The notes under the pieces are model-generated. The model ran no database searches, was not told the DNA's origin, and was given only the letters and a program-made list of their open reading frames with translations. Position numbers and translations under genes: made by a program. A DNA stretch of 61,152 nucleotides. Source: Nitrospinota bacterium (lineage in GTDB: Bacteria; UBA8248). The stretch spans positions 1 through 61,152 of the forward strand of contig JAYGFR010000213.1 in assembly GCA_046581755.1 (NCBI GenBank). The letters run 5' to 3'. Every line of letters starts with the position of its first letter. The stretch's first letter is position 1. This document shows, one piece after another, positions 38,128 to 46,848 of this stretch.

Positions 38128-39039
38128 TCACCATTCGTAAACGGTAATTTTTCCCATCTCGCTGAAACTGAGGCTCCTGTAAAATGATTTCGCCGCGGGG
38201 TCCCGATCGTCGGCGATGAGTTCAATCGCGGCCAGACCCTTTTCCCGGGCGCGTTCGGCGATTGCGGACATGAGCGCCTTTCCGAGGCCTTTCCGCCGGT
38301 GGGCACCCGCAACGCCGATATCCGGCACATAACCCACCGGGTCGGCATTTTTCAAACGCGCCGCGTCCACTGCCAAGACGGCAATTCCAGCACCATCATC
38401 CGGGGCGCCGCCCTTCCTCTCGCGGACGAGAATCAGGCAGTCCTGGGGCGCCGTCTCCCTCCCCTCGAACCAATGGGCGATATCCTCCTGACCATGGGGC
38501 CTAAAATTCCACATTTTCGAAAATGTATCGTTGTAGATGCCCGAGGCTAACTCCAGATCGCCGGGCAAGGAGACCGGGCGCAGGCGATACCCTTCGGGGA
38601 GCTTGGGAGGAGAAAAGTCATCCAGCTGATCATTTCGGAACAGGCGAATCTCACGGAGCTGCGCGCCGTTTGTGGCATCCAGGAAATCACGCCCGAGGGG
38701 TTCGGTGAAGTACCCCCATATGCCGTCATATTCTTTGGGGTCGGCGTCCCCGCGCACGGCGGCGATCAATGCGCCTCCCACCGCGATGCGGTCGGGGCCC
38801 TCCCCGATGGAGAGAATATCCATGCAGGCGCGGCGGCGCGCCCGGGTCTCCTCGTCCGGAACGAGGCGGCAGAATCCTGCCAAGGCGGTCCCCTCGGAGG
38901 CAGTGGCAAGCCATATGCCCGCACTGTCAGATATCAGACTCTCGCAATGCGCTTCGTCCACCTCGTTTTCGAAAGAGGCGCGCATGAAGCTCAGGAGCGC
39001 ATCGCGATCCTCATCCCGGTAGGGGCGCACCTCAACCAT
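38128..39039 (-). CDS. GNAT-family N-acetyltransferase, two tandem GNAT-like halves
   Basis: 303 aa. The C-terminal acetyl-CoA motif is IGVAGAHRRKGLGKALMSAIAERAREKG. The N-terminal half is also GNAT-like (a MshD-like layout). Confidence 0.8.
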   Translation of the reverse strand: MVEVRPYRDEDRDALLSFMRASFENEVDEAHCESLISDSAGIWLATASEGTALAGFCRLVPDEETRARRRACMDILSIGEGPDRIAVGGALIAAVRGDADPKEYDGIWGYFTEPLGRDFLDATNGAQLREIRLFRNDQLDDFSPPKLPEGYRLRPVSLPGDLELASGIYNDTFSKMWNFRPHGQEDIAHWFEGRETAPQDCLILVRERKGGAPDDGAGIAVLAVDAARLKNADPVGYVPDIGVAGAHRRKGLGKALMSAIAERAREKGLAAIELIADDRDPAAKSFYRSLSFSEMGKITVYEW

Positions 39040-39424
39040 GATGAATTTTGACCCTTCCGTCTTTAATCATTCCCTGAAATTTCCGCATCAACATTTCCCG
39101 AATCACCCGCCGCACCGCAGGAACCATCAGGGCAAACCCCACGGAATCAGTCAAAAGACCGGGCGTAATCAGCAAAACGCCGCCCACGAGAACCATCGCA
39201 CCATCGACCAACTGCTCCGCCGGAAGTTGACCCGTGTTCAGTTCGCTCTGAATTCGGCCAAGGACGTAAAACCCTTGCGCCCGCGCAGCCCAGGCGCCAA
39301 TCGCGCCGGTCAGCAAAACAATGCCGATGGTGGCCGAGAGTCCCATCGTTCTTCCCAATTCGATCAAAATCATCAGTTCGAGAAGCGGAACCGCCGTAAA
39401 CAAAAGAAAAAGCCTGAAAACCAC
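39032..39424 (-). CDS. fxsA: FxsA family membrane protein
   Basis: 130 aa: MVFRLFLLFTAVPLLELMILIELG...LVGGVLLITPGLLTDSVGFALMVPAVRR (the FxsA/UPF0716 signature). Its stop overlaps the GNAT start by 8 nt. Confidence 0.85.
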   Translation of the reverse strand: MVFRLFLLFTAVPLLELMILIELGRTMGLSATIGIVLLTGAIGAWAARAQGFYVLGRIQSELNTGQLPAEQLVDGAMVLVGGVLLITPGLLTDSVGFALMVPAVRRVIREMLMRKFQGMIKDGRVKIHHG

Positions 39425-39577
39425 CTCTTCACCCGCCTATATCAAAAAGAACCCCGGAGTCCACTGCAGTTAGGTACACCCGATATTCTACGAATGCGCT
39501 CCCATTTCAGGATAGGCTCAAGGAGCCGACTATGAGATAGTTCTAGGGGATAATTTGAAATTACGGCCCCATCGAAT

Positions 39578-39820
39578 ATGCCGGACGGTATAAATCAAGG
39601 GCGGTGGGCGATGCCAAACAGAAAAAAAGGGATATGGAAACGCATCAGCCAGCATTTTCGGGCACCTACTTTCCAGGAACTTCTCGACGATTCTACCGAG
39701 GATTTACACGAGAAACCGATTCAAATGAATTGTCCCCGCTGCGGGGAGGTTGTCCCTTTCGCCGACCGTTGCCCGAAATGCGGAAGCCCCCGCCACCCGA
39801 CAATTGACAGGCACGTTTGA
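39578..39820 (+). CDS. Small zinc-ribbon protein (hypothetical)
   Basis: 80-aa ORF with CPRCG-x11-CPKCG. An alternative start is ATG 39611. No clear SD is present. Confidence 0.4.
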   Translation: MPDGINQGRWAMPNRKKGIWKRISQHFRAPTFQELLDDSTEDLHEKPIQMNCPRCGEVVPFADRCPKCGSPRHPTIDRHV

Positions 39821-39984
39821 CGAATGATGTTCCTCCGGCGGACCATCCGAGCATACAACCGAACGGGCGCCTGGCGCCAACCGGGCGGAGCGCTGGCTGT
39901 GGTGGCGAATAGAATTTTCCGCCCTTCCATTATCTCCATATTATGAATCCGATTATTTCATCCATTCCTTAAGGGAGGCGCGTC

Positions 39985-41046
39985 ATGCCATCCACAATGA
40001 AGGCAATGAGAGTCCACGAATTAGGCGGATCGTTCCAGCTCGATGAAGTACCCGTCCCCTCGCCGGGCCCGAACGATGCGCTTGTAAAACTCAAGGCGAC
40101 AGGCGTCGGGCTCACACCCGTCCTCATGCGCCGCACGCCGGGCCTCATCGATAAATTCCCCCGAATCATGGGCCACGAGATCGCAGCCGAGGTAGTGGAA
40201 ATCGGCTCCGAGGTGGAAAATGTTGCTGTTGGCGACCTAGTAACCTGCCATTTCTATCTCGTTTGCCGCTCGTGCGACTTCTGCCGAAGCGGACGTGAGA
40301 CTCTCTGCGAAAATTTCAAGGGCTACGTCGGCCTCGTCCTCGACGGCGGTTTCGCCGAATACGCTGCCATTCCTGCACTGAACCTGTGCATAATTCCTGA
40401 AGGCATTACCCCGCTAGCCGCTTGCATCGCGGCCGATGGGATCTGCACCCCCTATCACAACTGCACCGCCGAGGCTAAAATCAAGCCGGGGGACCGGGTG
40501 GCTATCATTGGCGCGGGCGGCGGAGTCGCCATTCACGCTGTCCAGATGGCGCAGTTGTGCGGCGGCCACGTCATCGGGGTGGATATTTCGCGCCAAAAGC
40601 TCAAAACCGTGGCTGAACTCGGCGCGCTCGCTACCGTGGATGCCTCCGACACAGATCCCGTCGAGGAGATCATGGCTCTGACGAAGGGCGTCGGGGTGGA
40701 CGCCTACATCGATTACGTCGCCTCGAAGGAAACCCTCGAGATGGGAATGGCCTGCCTTGGCAGGGGCGGGAAATTGATTATTGTAGGCTCACGAGCACCG
40801 GCGGCCTTCGGGGGTGTTTCGCCCAAATTTTCCGTGGACCCCCAGAAGATGCTCTCCTGGGCCCAGGAAATTCACGGCTCGCGCTATTGTTCGATGGACG
40901 AACTCCGCCGCTCCCTCGACCTCGTGAAGATGGGTAAGATCAAGCCCATCGTGACCGAAACCTTCCGGCTCGAAGACACCGAAAAAGCGTTCGAGATGAT
41001 TCAGGACAATAAAATCACCGGCCGCGCGGCGGTGCTCTTCGACTAG
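39985..41046 (+). CDS. Zinc-dependent alcohol dehydrogenase family (MDR) oxidoreductase
   Basis: 353 aa. It has GHEIAAEVVEIG, the structural-Zn cluster CRSCDFCRSGRETLC, and the Rossmann motif AIIGAGGGVAIHAVQ. AGGGAGG lies 7 nt upstream. Confidence 0.88.
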   Translation: MPSTMKAMRVHELGGSFQLDEVPVPSPGPNDALVKLKATGVGLTPVLMRRTPGLIDKFPRIMGHEIAAEVVEIGSEVENVAVGDLVTCHFYLVCRSCDFCRSGRETLCENFKGYVGLVLDGGFAEYAAIPALNLCIIPEGITPLAACIAADGICTPYHNCTAEAKIKPGDRVAIIGAGGGVAIHAVQMAQLCGGHVIGVDISRQKLKTVAELGALATVDASDTDPVEEIMALTKGVGVDAYIDYVASKETLEMGMACLGRGGKLIIVGSRAPAAFGGVSPKFSVDPQKMLSWAQEIHGSRYCSMDELRRSLDLVKMGKIKPIVTETFRLEDTEKAFEMIQDNKITGRAAVLFD

Positions 41047-41150
41047 GGATTTTGGCTAGATGTGGTGGCCTTCTCCCCCCGACCGAATGGCCTTATAATC
41101 TCACTACCGAAAAATGACCTCTTATCGAAAATACATCAGGAGGCTGAACT

Positions 41151-41624
41151 ATGGCGGATACGGCAGATGCGGCAATGGTCAAACAGGAGCGGCGCGTTCG
41201 CGCGAGCAAACTCAGCGAATGCAAGGTAGAGATTAAGGCACGGAATCATACATTTTATGCCGATGAGCCCCTGAAGGCGGGGGGCGCGGACGAAGGCCCC
41301 ACCCCGCGCGAAATCGCCCTGGGCGCGCTGGCCGCCTGCGTGACGGTGATCACGGGCAAGGTGGCCAAGGGACTGAATTTCAACGTTATCGATCAATCCA
41401 TCGAGGTGCGCGGTACCGCTGACCCCCAGGGAGCGAAAGACGCTGACAACGGCATTACCCCCAATTTCGACCATGTGGAGGTAAAAATTCGCCTCGTGAC
41501 GGACGAACCCGAGGAGCGGATCGAAGAGCTCAAACGCCAGCACTTCGGCCGCTGCCCCATCTCCGCTCTCTTCCGCTCCAGCAGTTGCGAGCTGGTCGAG
41601 GAATGGAATATCGAGCGCCCCTGA
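41151..41624 (+). CDS. OsmC/Ohr-family protein
   Basis: 157 aa: RNHTFYADEPLKAGGADEGPTPREIALGALAACVTV...GRCPISALF. AGGAGG lies 7 nt upstream. Confidence 0.85.
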   Translation: MADTADAAMVKQERRVRASKLSECKVEIKARNHTFYADEPLKAGGADEGPTPREIALGALAACVTVITGKVAKGLNFNVIDQSIEVRGTADPQGAKDADNGITPNFDHVEVKIRLVTDEPEERIEELKRQHFGRCPISALFRSSSCELVEEWNIERP

Positions 41625-41666
41625 CCGGGCTGGACCCTCAACCCCGAATTTCGCGAGACAAAAACC

Positions 41667-43037
41667 ATGACCATCGCCGAACAGCTTGCCGCCTTTGCGG
41701 CCGGCGTTACCTACGATGACCTCTCCGATAACGTGCTCAAGCAGGTGAAGCTTCTCGTCCTCGACACCATTGGCTGCGCCATCGGCTCCCTGGGTGCCGA
41801 GCCCGTCCGCTATTTGCGCCAACAGGCCGACGATTTCGGCGGCGAGGGGCGCTGCACCCTGATCGGCGGTGGAATGACCGCCCCCGACCGGGCAACCTTT
41901 TACAACACCTCGCTCGTGCGCTATCTCGACTTCAACGACGGCTATATGGGTCCGATGGGCACCTCCCACCCGAGCGACAACATGGCGCCCGTTCTGGCGG
42001 CGGCGGAGTACGCGGACGCCTCCGGGCGGGATTTCATGGCAGCCCTGGCTCTGGCCTATCAGGTGCAGTGCCGCTTTTGCGATATCGTTCCATCGGAGAA
42101 AAACGGCTTCGATCAGGGCCTGGCGATCTCCTATTCCGTCGCGGCGGGGGCCTCGCGCGCCCTAGCCCTGGACCCCGCCCACACGGCCCAGGCCATCGCC
42201 TTGAGCGGCGCCTGCCAGAATCCCCTGTTTGTTTCCCGCACCGGCAACATCTCCCACTGGAAAGGCTTCGCCACCGCCAACGCCGCATTCAACAGCGTCC
42301 ATGCCGCCTTTCTCGCCATGCGGGGCGTTACCGGCCCCATCCAAATCTTCGAGGGCCGGCGCGGGCTGTTCGAATCCATCACCGGGCCCTTCGAGATCGA
42401 CTGGGCAAGCGAGGACCTCGAAAAGACTCTCGGCATCAGCGTAAAGAAGTTCAACGCGGGCGTTCACTCCCAGACCGCCATCGAGGGAGTGACTGAAATG
42501 AAAGGGGAACACCAAATCGCGCCCGATCAAATCGAAAGCGTGGCCGTGGAGACTTACGAGCGTGCCTATTTCATCATGGGCGGCGGCGGCGCGGGAGATA
42601 AGCACGACGTCCAAAACAAAGAGACCGCCGACCACAGCCTGCCCTATGTCATTGCCGCGGGCCTCATCGACGAGCAGGTCATGCCCGCCCAGTATGAATT
42701 GGATCGCATCCTGGCCGAGGACGTCCAGGCGCTGCTCCGGCGGGTGACCATCTCCTGCGAGGACGATTTGACGGCGCGCTACCCTGCCCAATCCCCCGTC
42801 CGAATCACGATCAACATGAAGGACGGGGCCGTCTTCGAGAAGGAAAAACCGGGCTTCGAGGGATTCCCCGCCTCGCCCATGCGCTGGGAGACTCTGCTGG
42901 GCAAGTTCGAGGAACTGAGCGGGCCGCACACGAGCGACGACCTTCGGGGGGAGATCACCGATGCGGTTGAACGGCTGGACAGCATCCAAATCCGGGAGCT
43001 GACGGCTCTCCTGGGCCGGGTGGAGGAATCGGCCTAA
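41667..43037 (+). CDS. MmgE/PrpD-family protein (2-methylcitrate dehydratase-like)
   Basis: 456 aa: LAAFAAGVTYDDLSDNVLKQVKLLVLDTIGCAIG...TSHPSDNMAPVLAAAE. Confidence 0.9.
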   Translation: MTIAEQLAAFAAGVTYDDLSDNVLKQVKLLVLDTIGCAIGSLGAEPVRYLRQQADDFGGEGRCTLIGGGMTAPDRATFYNTSLVRYLDFNDGYMGPMGTSHPSDNMAPVLAAAEYADASGRDFMAALALAYQVQCRFCDIVPSEKNGFDQGLAISYSVAAGASRALALDPAHTAQAIALSGACQNPLFVSRTGNISHWKGFATANAAFNSVHAAFLAMRGVTGPIQIFEGRRGLFESITGPFEIDWASEDLEKTLGISVKKFNAGVHSQTAIEGVTEMKGEHQIAPDQIESVAVETYERAYFIMGGGGAGDKHDVQNKETADHSLPYVIAAGLIDEQVMPAQYELDRILAEDVQALLRRVTISCEDDLTARYPAQSPVRITINMKDGAVFEKEKPGFEGFPASPMRWETLLGKFEELSGPHTSDDLRGEITDAVERLDSIQIRELTALLGRVEESA

Positions 43038-43121
43038 CGAAATGTATGGTACTCGTTATTTATCAAAAACTTAAATACTGTTTCTGTAATTAAATTCAAG
43101 TTTGTTCACCAAAATAGCGCT

Positions 43122-43577
43122 TTATTCAAGCTTTGCTTTCACATTCTTTGCGAAGTCTTTGAAAATATTGTTTGCCTGATTCTTGATGACGCTAAATCCC
43201 AGCGAGCCCAGCTTCCCGAACACATCCACCGTCGAGAGAAAGGTGACCCGGGTCTGCGTCTCCGAGACAGCCCCTAAAGTCACCTCGTTCGTCTGCTTCA
43301 GGCTGGCCGCGATTTTCGAGTCCTTCCCTTCCCCGGAGGTCCGGATGAACTCGGGCTCGCGCTGCTCCAGAATCTCGATACGGATTTCGAATTTCGCCTT
43401 GAGAAAGCTGATTTTTTGCTCGACAGTTACATCGTAGTGGGTTTCGTCCACCTTCGATACGTTCGTCACCCCCGGCACGCAGCCCGCAAACTCCTCGACG
43501 TTCCAGATGAATTCCCAGACCTTCTCCCGGGGCGCCTCGATGAGAACTTCCTGATTGAATTCCATACTCTTTTCCAT
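43122..43577 (-). CDS. SRPBCC/CoxG-like protein
   Basis: 151 aa: FNQEVLIEAPREKVWEFIWNVEEFAGCVPGV...YDVTVEQKISFLKAKFEIRIEI. Its GC content is clearly lower than that of its neighbours. Confidence 0.8.
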   Translation of the reverse strand: MEKSMEFNQEVLIEAPREKVWEFIWNVEEFAGCVPGVTNVSKVDETHYDVTVEQKISFLKAKFEIRIEILEQREPEFIRTSGEGKDSKIAASLKQTNEVTLGAVSETQTRVTFLSTVDVFGKLGSLGFSVIKNQANNIFKDFAKNVKAKLE

Positions 43578-43651
43578 TCCCCTAAATTGGGTTAGATGTT
43601 GTCATTCGCTGAACTCGCGCTGCATCCTAACAAGCGGCGATCGCTAGGGAA

Positions 43652-44476
43652 ATGTCCCATGGGAAAAACGCCATCCGCCCTTTTCGAGGTCCTCTCATCC
43701 ACATGAACTCGATCCTGCCACGCACGGAAAGCCTGATTCTCTTCGCCCGGCCGCCCATCCCCGGCCGGGTCAAGACGCGCCTGATCCCCGCGCTGGGGAC
43801 AGAGGGGGCCATGAGCCTGTACCGGGCGTTTCTCGCGGACGCGGCGGAGATGGCGGCGGCGATTCGAAAAGCCTGGCCTTCGGCCGGCCTCACGGCGGAA
43901 TGGGCCATGCCGGATGATTCACACGCCCCTTATCCCCTCCCCTCCTGGCTGCCGGGACCCTTTTTGCACCGGGCCCAGAGCGGCCATGACCTGGGAGCCC
44001 GGATGGCGGCGGCGCTGGGCCGGCGAATCGCCCACGGAGGGCCGGCTGTCCTCGTGGGAACGGATTTTCCCGGCCTTCCCCCAGAAATCGTTCTTGAGGC
44101 CTTCGATGCGCTGGCCCGGCTGGAGGCAAATTCGTCCGGCCCCCGGCCCGCCCGCTGCGCCGTCCTGGGTCCCGCCCGGGACGGGGGGTACTACCTAATC
44201 GGCCTGAACCGTCTTGAGTCGGGGATATTCTCCGGCTTGGAGTGGGGAGGCGGGCGGGTGTTCGAGGCGCAATCCCGGATTCTGGCGGAAAAGGGCTACC
44301 GGATTCACACCCTGCCCGAATGGCGGGACGTGGATACGCCCGGAGATCTTAAAGCCCTTCGGGCCCGCCTCGCCGAAAGCCCCCCCGAAACGGCCCCGAA
44401 CACGCGGGCGGCGCTGGAATCCCTGGTGGGTTCCCCCGCTGGCCAGGTGCAGCCTCCGGATACGTTGTCCGGGTGA
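43652..44476 (+). CDS. DUF2064 / TIGR04282-type nucleotidyl/glycosyl-transferase-like protein
   Basis: 274 aa: LILFARPPIPGRVKTRLIPALG...GHDLGARMAAAL...VLVGTDFPGLPPE...AVLGPARDGGYYLIGL...LEWGGGRVF...WRDVDTPGDL. The start could instead be ATG 43703. Confidence 0.8.
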   Translation: MSHGKNAIRPFRGPLIHMNSILPRTESLILFARPPIPGRVKTRLIPALGTEGAMSLYRAFLADAAEMAAAIRKAWPSAGLTAEWAMPDDSHAPYPLPSWLPGPFLHRAQSGHDLGARMAAALGRRIAHGGPAVLVGTDFPGLPPEIVLEAFDALARLEANSSGPRPARCAVLGPARDGGYYLIGLNRLESGIFSGLEWGGGRVFEAQSRILAEKGYRIHTLPEWRDVDTPGDLKALRARLAESPPETAPNTRAALESLVGSPAGQVQPPDTLSG

Positions 44477-44729
44477 GGCCGAATCCGAATCAGGCCGCCT
44501 CCTGGATATATGGTACTGAAACTTCCCCGGCAAACTCCATAAAACCCCCAAAACTCTCATCCTCCGGGCGCAACCTGTCCCCCCACCGGGGAACCTTTTG
44601 CCAACGCGTTTAATATAGGGCCCTTCGATGGATGAACGGCTACAGGAAATGCGCGGTGACGCCGGGAAATGCCCCCATGCCCCCTCCATTCCACACCCGG
44701 GACGGGCCAACCCGTATCCGAGAGTCCGG

Positions 44730-45514
44730 CTAGGCGGGCTTGCGCGCCCGGAAGTTGATCCCCAACGTCCCGAACGCGGCGGCGCTGGAATCCTGGGGCG
44801 CTCCCGCGAATACGTCCTCACGCCAAGTGATCTCGAATCCCTCGAAACCCGCCCGGGTGACAACCGCCTCCAGCTCTGCCTCCAGCAGAGCCCCTGCGAT
44901 TCAGCCGGTCCAGAGATCGATTTCGTTTTTCGCCTCCTCGGGAACGGCCTTTTGCACCAAAATGTCCGCAATCTGAATCCTCCCCCAGGGCCTGAGAATT
45001 CGCATCATCTCTCCGAACACCCGCGGCTTGTCGGGGCAAAGATTCACCACCCCGTTGGAGATCACGACATCGGCCCAGCCGTCCGGGACGGGAAGCTCCT
45101 CGGCCAGACCCTCCTTGAACTCCAAATGGCCGAACTCTCCCTCCCCGGCGGCGGCGCGCGCCTTGGCGAGCATGCCGGGCGTCATGTCCACGCCGATGAC
45201 GCGCCCCTCGGAGCCAGTGAAATTCGCGGCGAGGAAGCTGTCCATCCCCGCCCGGCAACCCAAACCACGACATGCTCGCCCGCGTCGATCTCGCCTCGCC
45301 GGAACGGATTGCCCGTCCCGGCGAGGGATTCAATCGCGCTCTCGGGAATCGCCTCCATCCATTCATCCTCAGATCCAAGAATCTTCGCCAGCGGCCTTCC
45401 GGTGTGGAAGTGAAAACCCTTGTCCGGGTGATTCGCGACCTCGGTGTATTCCCTCTGCACCGCCTGGCGCAGTTTTTCCGTATCCACGTCTCGTACAACG
45501 CCTACCTCGGCCAC
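44730..45514 (-). pseudogene. ArsM/AS3MT-like SAM-dependent methyltransferase with a 1-nt frameshift (~45264-45266) and an in-frame TGA (44903-44901) at a conserved Cys position
   Basis: Three collinear pieces make up the gene. Piece 1 is 45514 to ~45266: VAEVGVVRDVDTEKLRQAVQREYTEVANHPDKGFHFHTGRPLAKILG...ESLAGTGNPFRRGEIDAGEHVV. Piece 2 is 45263-44904: LGCRAGMDSFLAANFTGSEGRVIGVDMT...DVVISNGVVNLCPDKPRVFGEMMRILRPWGRI...EIDLWTG. After the TGA comes piece 3, 44900-44733: IAGALLEAELEAVVTRAGFEGFEI...FRARKPA, ending at TAG 44732-44730. GTG 45514 lies 9 nt after GAAGGAGG. Confidence 0.7.
44872..44892 (-). other. SECIS-like hairpin 8 nt downstream of the in-frame UGA
   Basis: The mRNA reads UGA-aucgcagg-GGCUCUGC-UGGAG-GCAGAGCU, giving 7 Watson-Crick pairs plus 1 G-U pair and a 5-nt GG-containing loop that starts 16 nt after the UGA. 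Confidence 0.3.
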
Positions 45515-45870
45515 CAGCTTCACCCTCCTTCAGATTATCGGATCGCAGATTCTCAGACCGCATCCACGCGGGTTTTTCCCCTTTTCAACCCGGATTTCTC
45601 GGATGAATTCGGGATTTCCCCGCCATCTAAGCTAATTGGGGTTGATAAATCAATTACTCGATCTTTCATGCCGCCCGTCCGTGGGGAGCACCCAGTGGGT
45701 GAAGCTAAAATGAGGCGTCTTGGGTTTGTCCCGGCATGGCAGGGCTGTCCGGGAGCGGAGCCGGCGCCCGGAAAAAAAATCGTGGCCTGGAATGACCATT
45801 TGAGGCTAGAATATCCCTATTCAAGGAACCATATTGAAATAGTCGAACAAACATACGCATTCGAGGCTAA

Positions 45871-46848
45871 ATGGAGATCCCGGAAATGCCGAAAATCTCT
45901 CTCCGGCTGAAAACCTTCCTTCTCATCATTCTTCTTTTGGCCCTTGCTTTGCCCCCCCCCACAATCGCCAGTGAGCTATATTTCGTTGACGCACACAGCC
46001 AGATGGACGACGGCGTCGATCGGGAAACGATCATAAAACTGATGAATCAGGGAGGCGTCTACCGCACCATCCTGGCGGCCAGGAGCGGTATAAGGCCAAG
46101 AGCCATCGTTCAATTCGCCAATGCCTACCCGGAAAGAATCATTCCATCGGTCACCACGAAAATGTGGGGTTACGTTTACGACTCGAAATCCCCTCATAAA
46201 AAATGTTACAGGACCCTCGGGAAACAAGTAATAAGCGGAAAGTTCCGCGCGATGGCAAAGGTTCTGATGTGGCACTCCGGGTGCCGCAACGATAAATGCC
46301 CCTCCGTGGAGGTGCGGTCCGGCGACAAGCGGGTGAGGGCCGCGCTCAAGGGCGCCATGGCCAAAGGATGGCCTTTTGTCGTTCACATCGAATTCGGCAG
46401 CCTTGAAGATTCTTCACGAGACGATTTCATGGGAAATTTAAAGGGAATGCTCGATGCCAACCCAGAGCATCCCTTCGCCCTGATTCACATGTGGCAACTC
46501 GAACCCGGCGATGTCCGCAAGTTAATCAAAGCGCACAAAAAAATCCATTCCCTGGCCGCGCACTCCAATACCGTCGCGGTCACCGCCGCCGAGGGCGCCA
46601 AGCCATGGGTCGATATGTTCGAGGGTGAAAAACTGGCTCCGGCCTGGCGAAAGCTTGTCATCGAATATCCCGGCCGGTTCGTGTTCGCCCTCGATAACGT
46701 CTGGGGCGAGAAACACTGGGGCGAGGATTATTACATGGCTCAAATCGAACTTTGGCGGAGCGCCCTTTCCGATCTCCCCGCGGAAGTGACCAGCGCTATC
46801 GCGCACGGCAACGCCGAACGGCTCTGGAAAATCCCACCCAAGCCTTGA
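45871..46848 (+). CDS. Secreted amidohydrolase-like (Amidohydro_2 / TIM-barrel metal hydrolase) protein
   Basis: 325 aa. It has a signal peptide LRLKTFLLIILLLALALPPPTIAS, an N-terminal YFVDAHSQ, and a C-terminal AIAHGNAERLW. An alternative ATG is at 45886. Its GC is lower (single-line hand counts ~45%). Confidence 0.65.
   Translation: MEIPEMPKISLRLKTFLLIILLLALALPPPTIASELYFVDAHSQMDDGVDRETIIKLMNQGGVYRTILAARSGIRPRAIVQFANAYPERIIPSVTTKMWGYVYDSKSPHKKCYRTLGKQVISGKFRAMAKVLMWHSGCRNDKCPSVEVRSGDKRVRAALKGAMAKGWPFVVHIEFGSLEDSSRDDFMGNLKGMLDANPEHPFALIHMWQLEPGDVRKLIKAHKKIHSLAAHSNTVAVTAAEGAKPWVDMFEGEKLAPAWRKLVIEYPGRFVFALDNVWGEKHWGEDYYMAQIELWRSALSDLPAEVTSAIAHGNAERLWKIPPKP

Noticed and set aside
45255-45275. 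Programmed -1 ribosomal frameshifting might explain the ArsM-like frame change.
   Set aside because: The shift site (guc gug guu ugg) is not an X-XXY-YYZ slippery heptamer. Neither Val-GUU nor Trp-UGG can re-pair in the -1 frame. No obvious downstream stimulatory structure was seen.
44195-45413. The ORFs 44195-44971 (-) of 258 aa and 44628-45413 (+) of 261 aa might be real genes in the ArsM region.
   Set aside because: Both have junk-like R/P/G/S-rich translations. The ArsM-like reading, in two frames plus read-through of the TGA, explains the region with clear family motifs.
45689-45701. The perfect 13-nt palindrome CACCCAGTGGGTG in the ArsM-like / amidohydrolase divergent spacer might be an operator.
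   Set aside because: A 6+1+6 palindrome is expected by chance in a ~350-nt spacer with a probability near 0.1. No ArsR-type or other regulator gene is adjacent.
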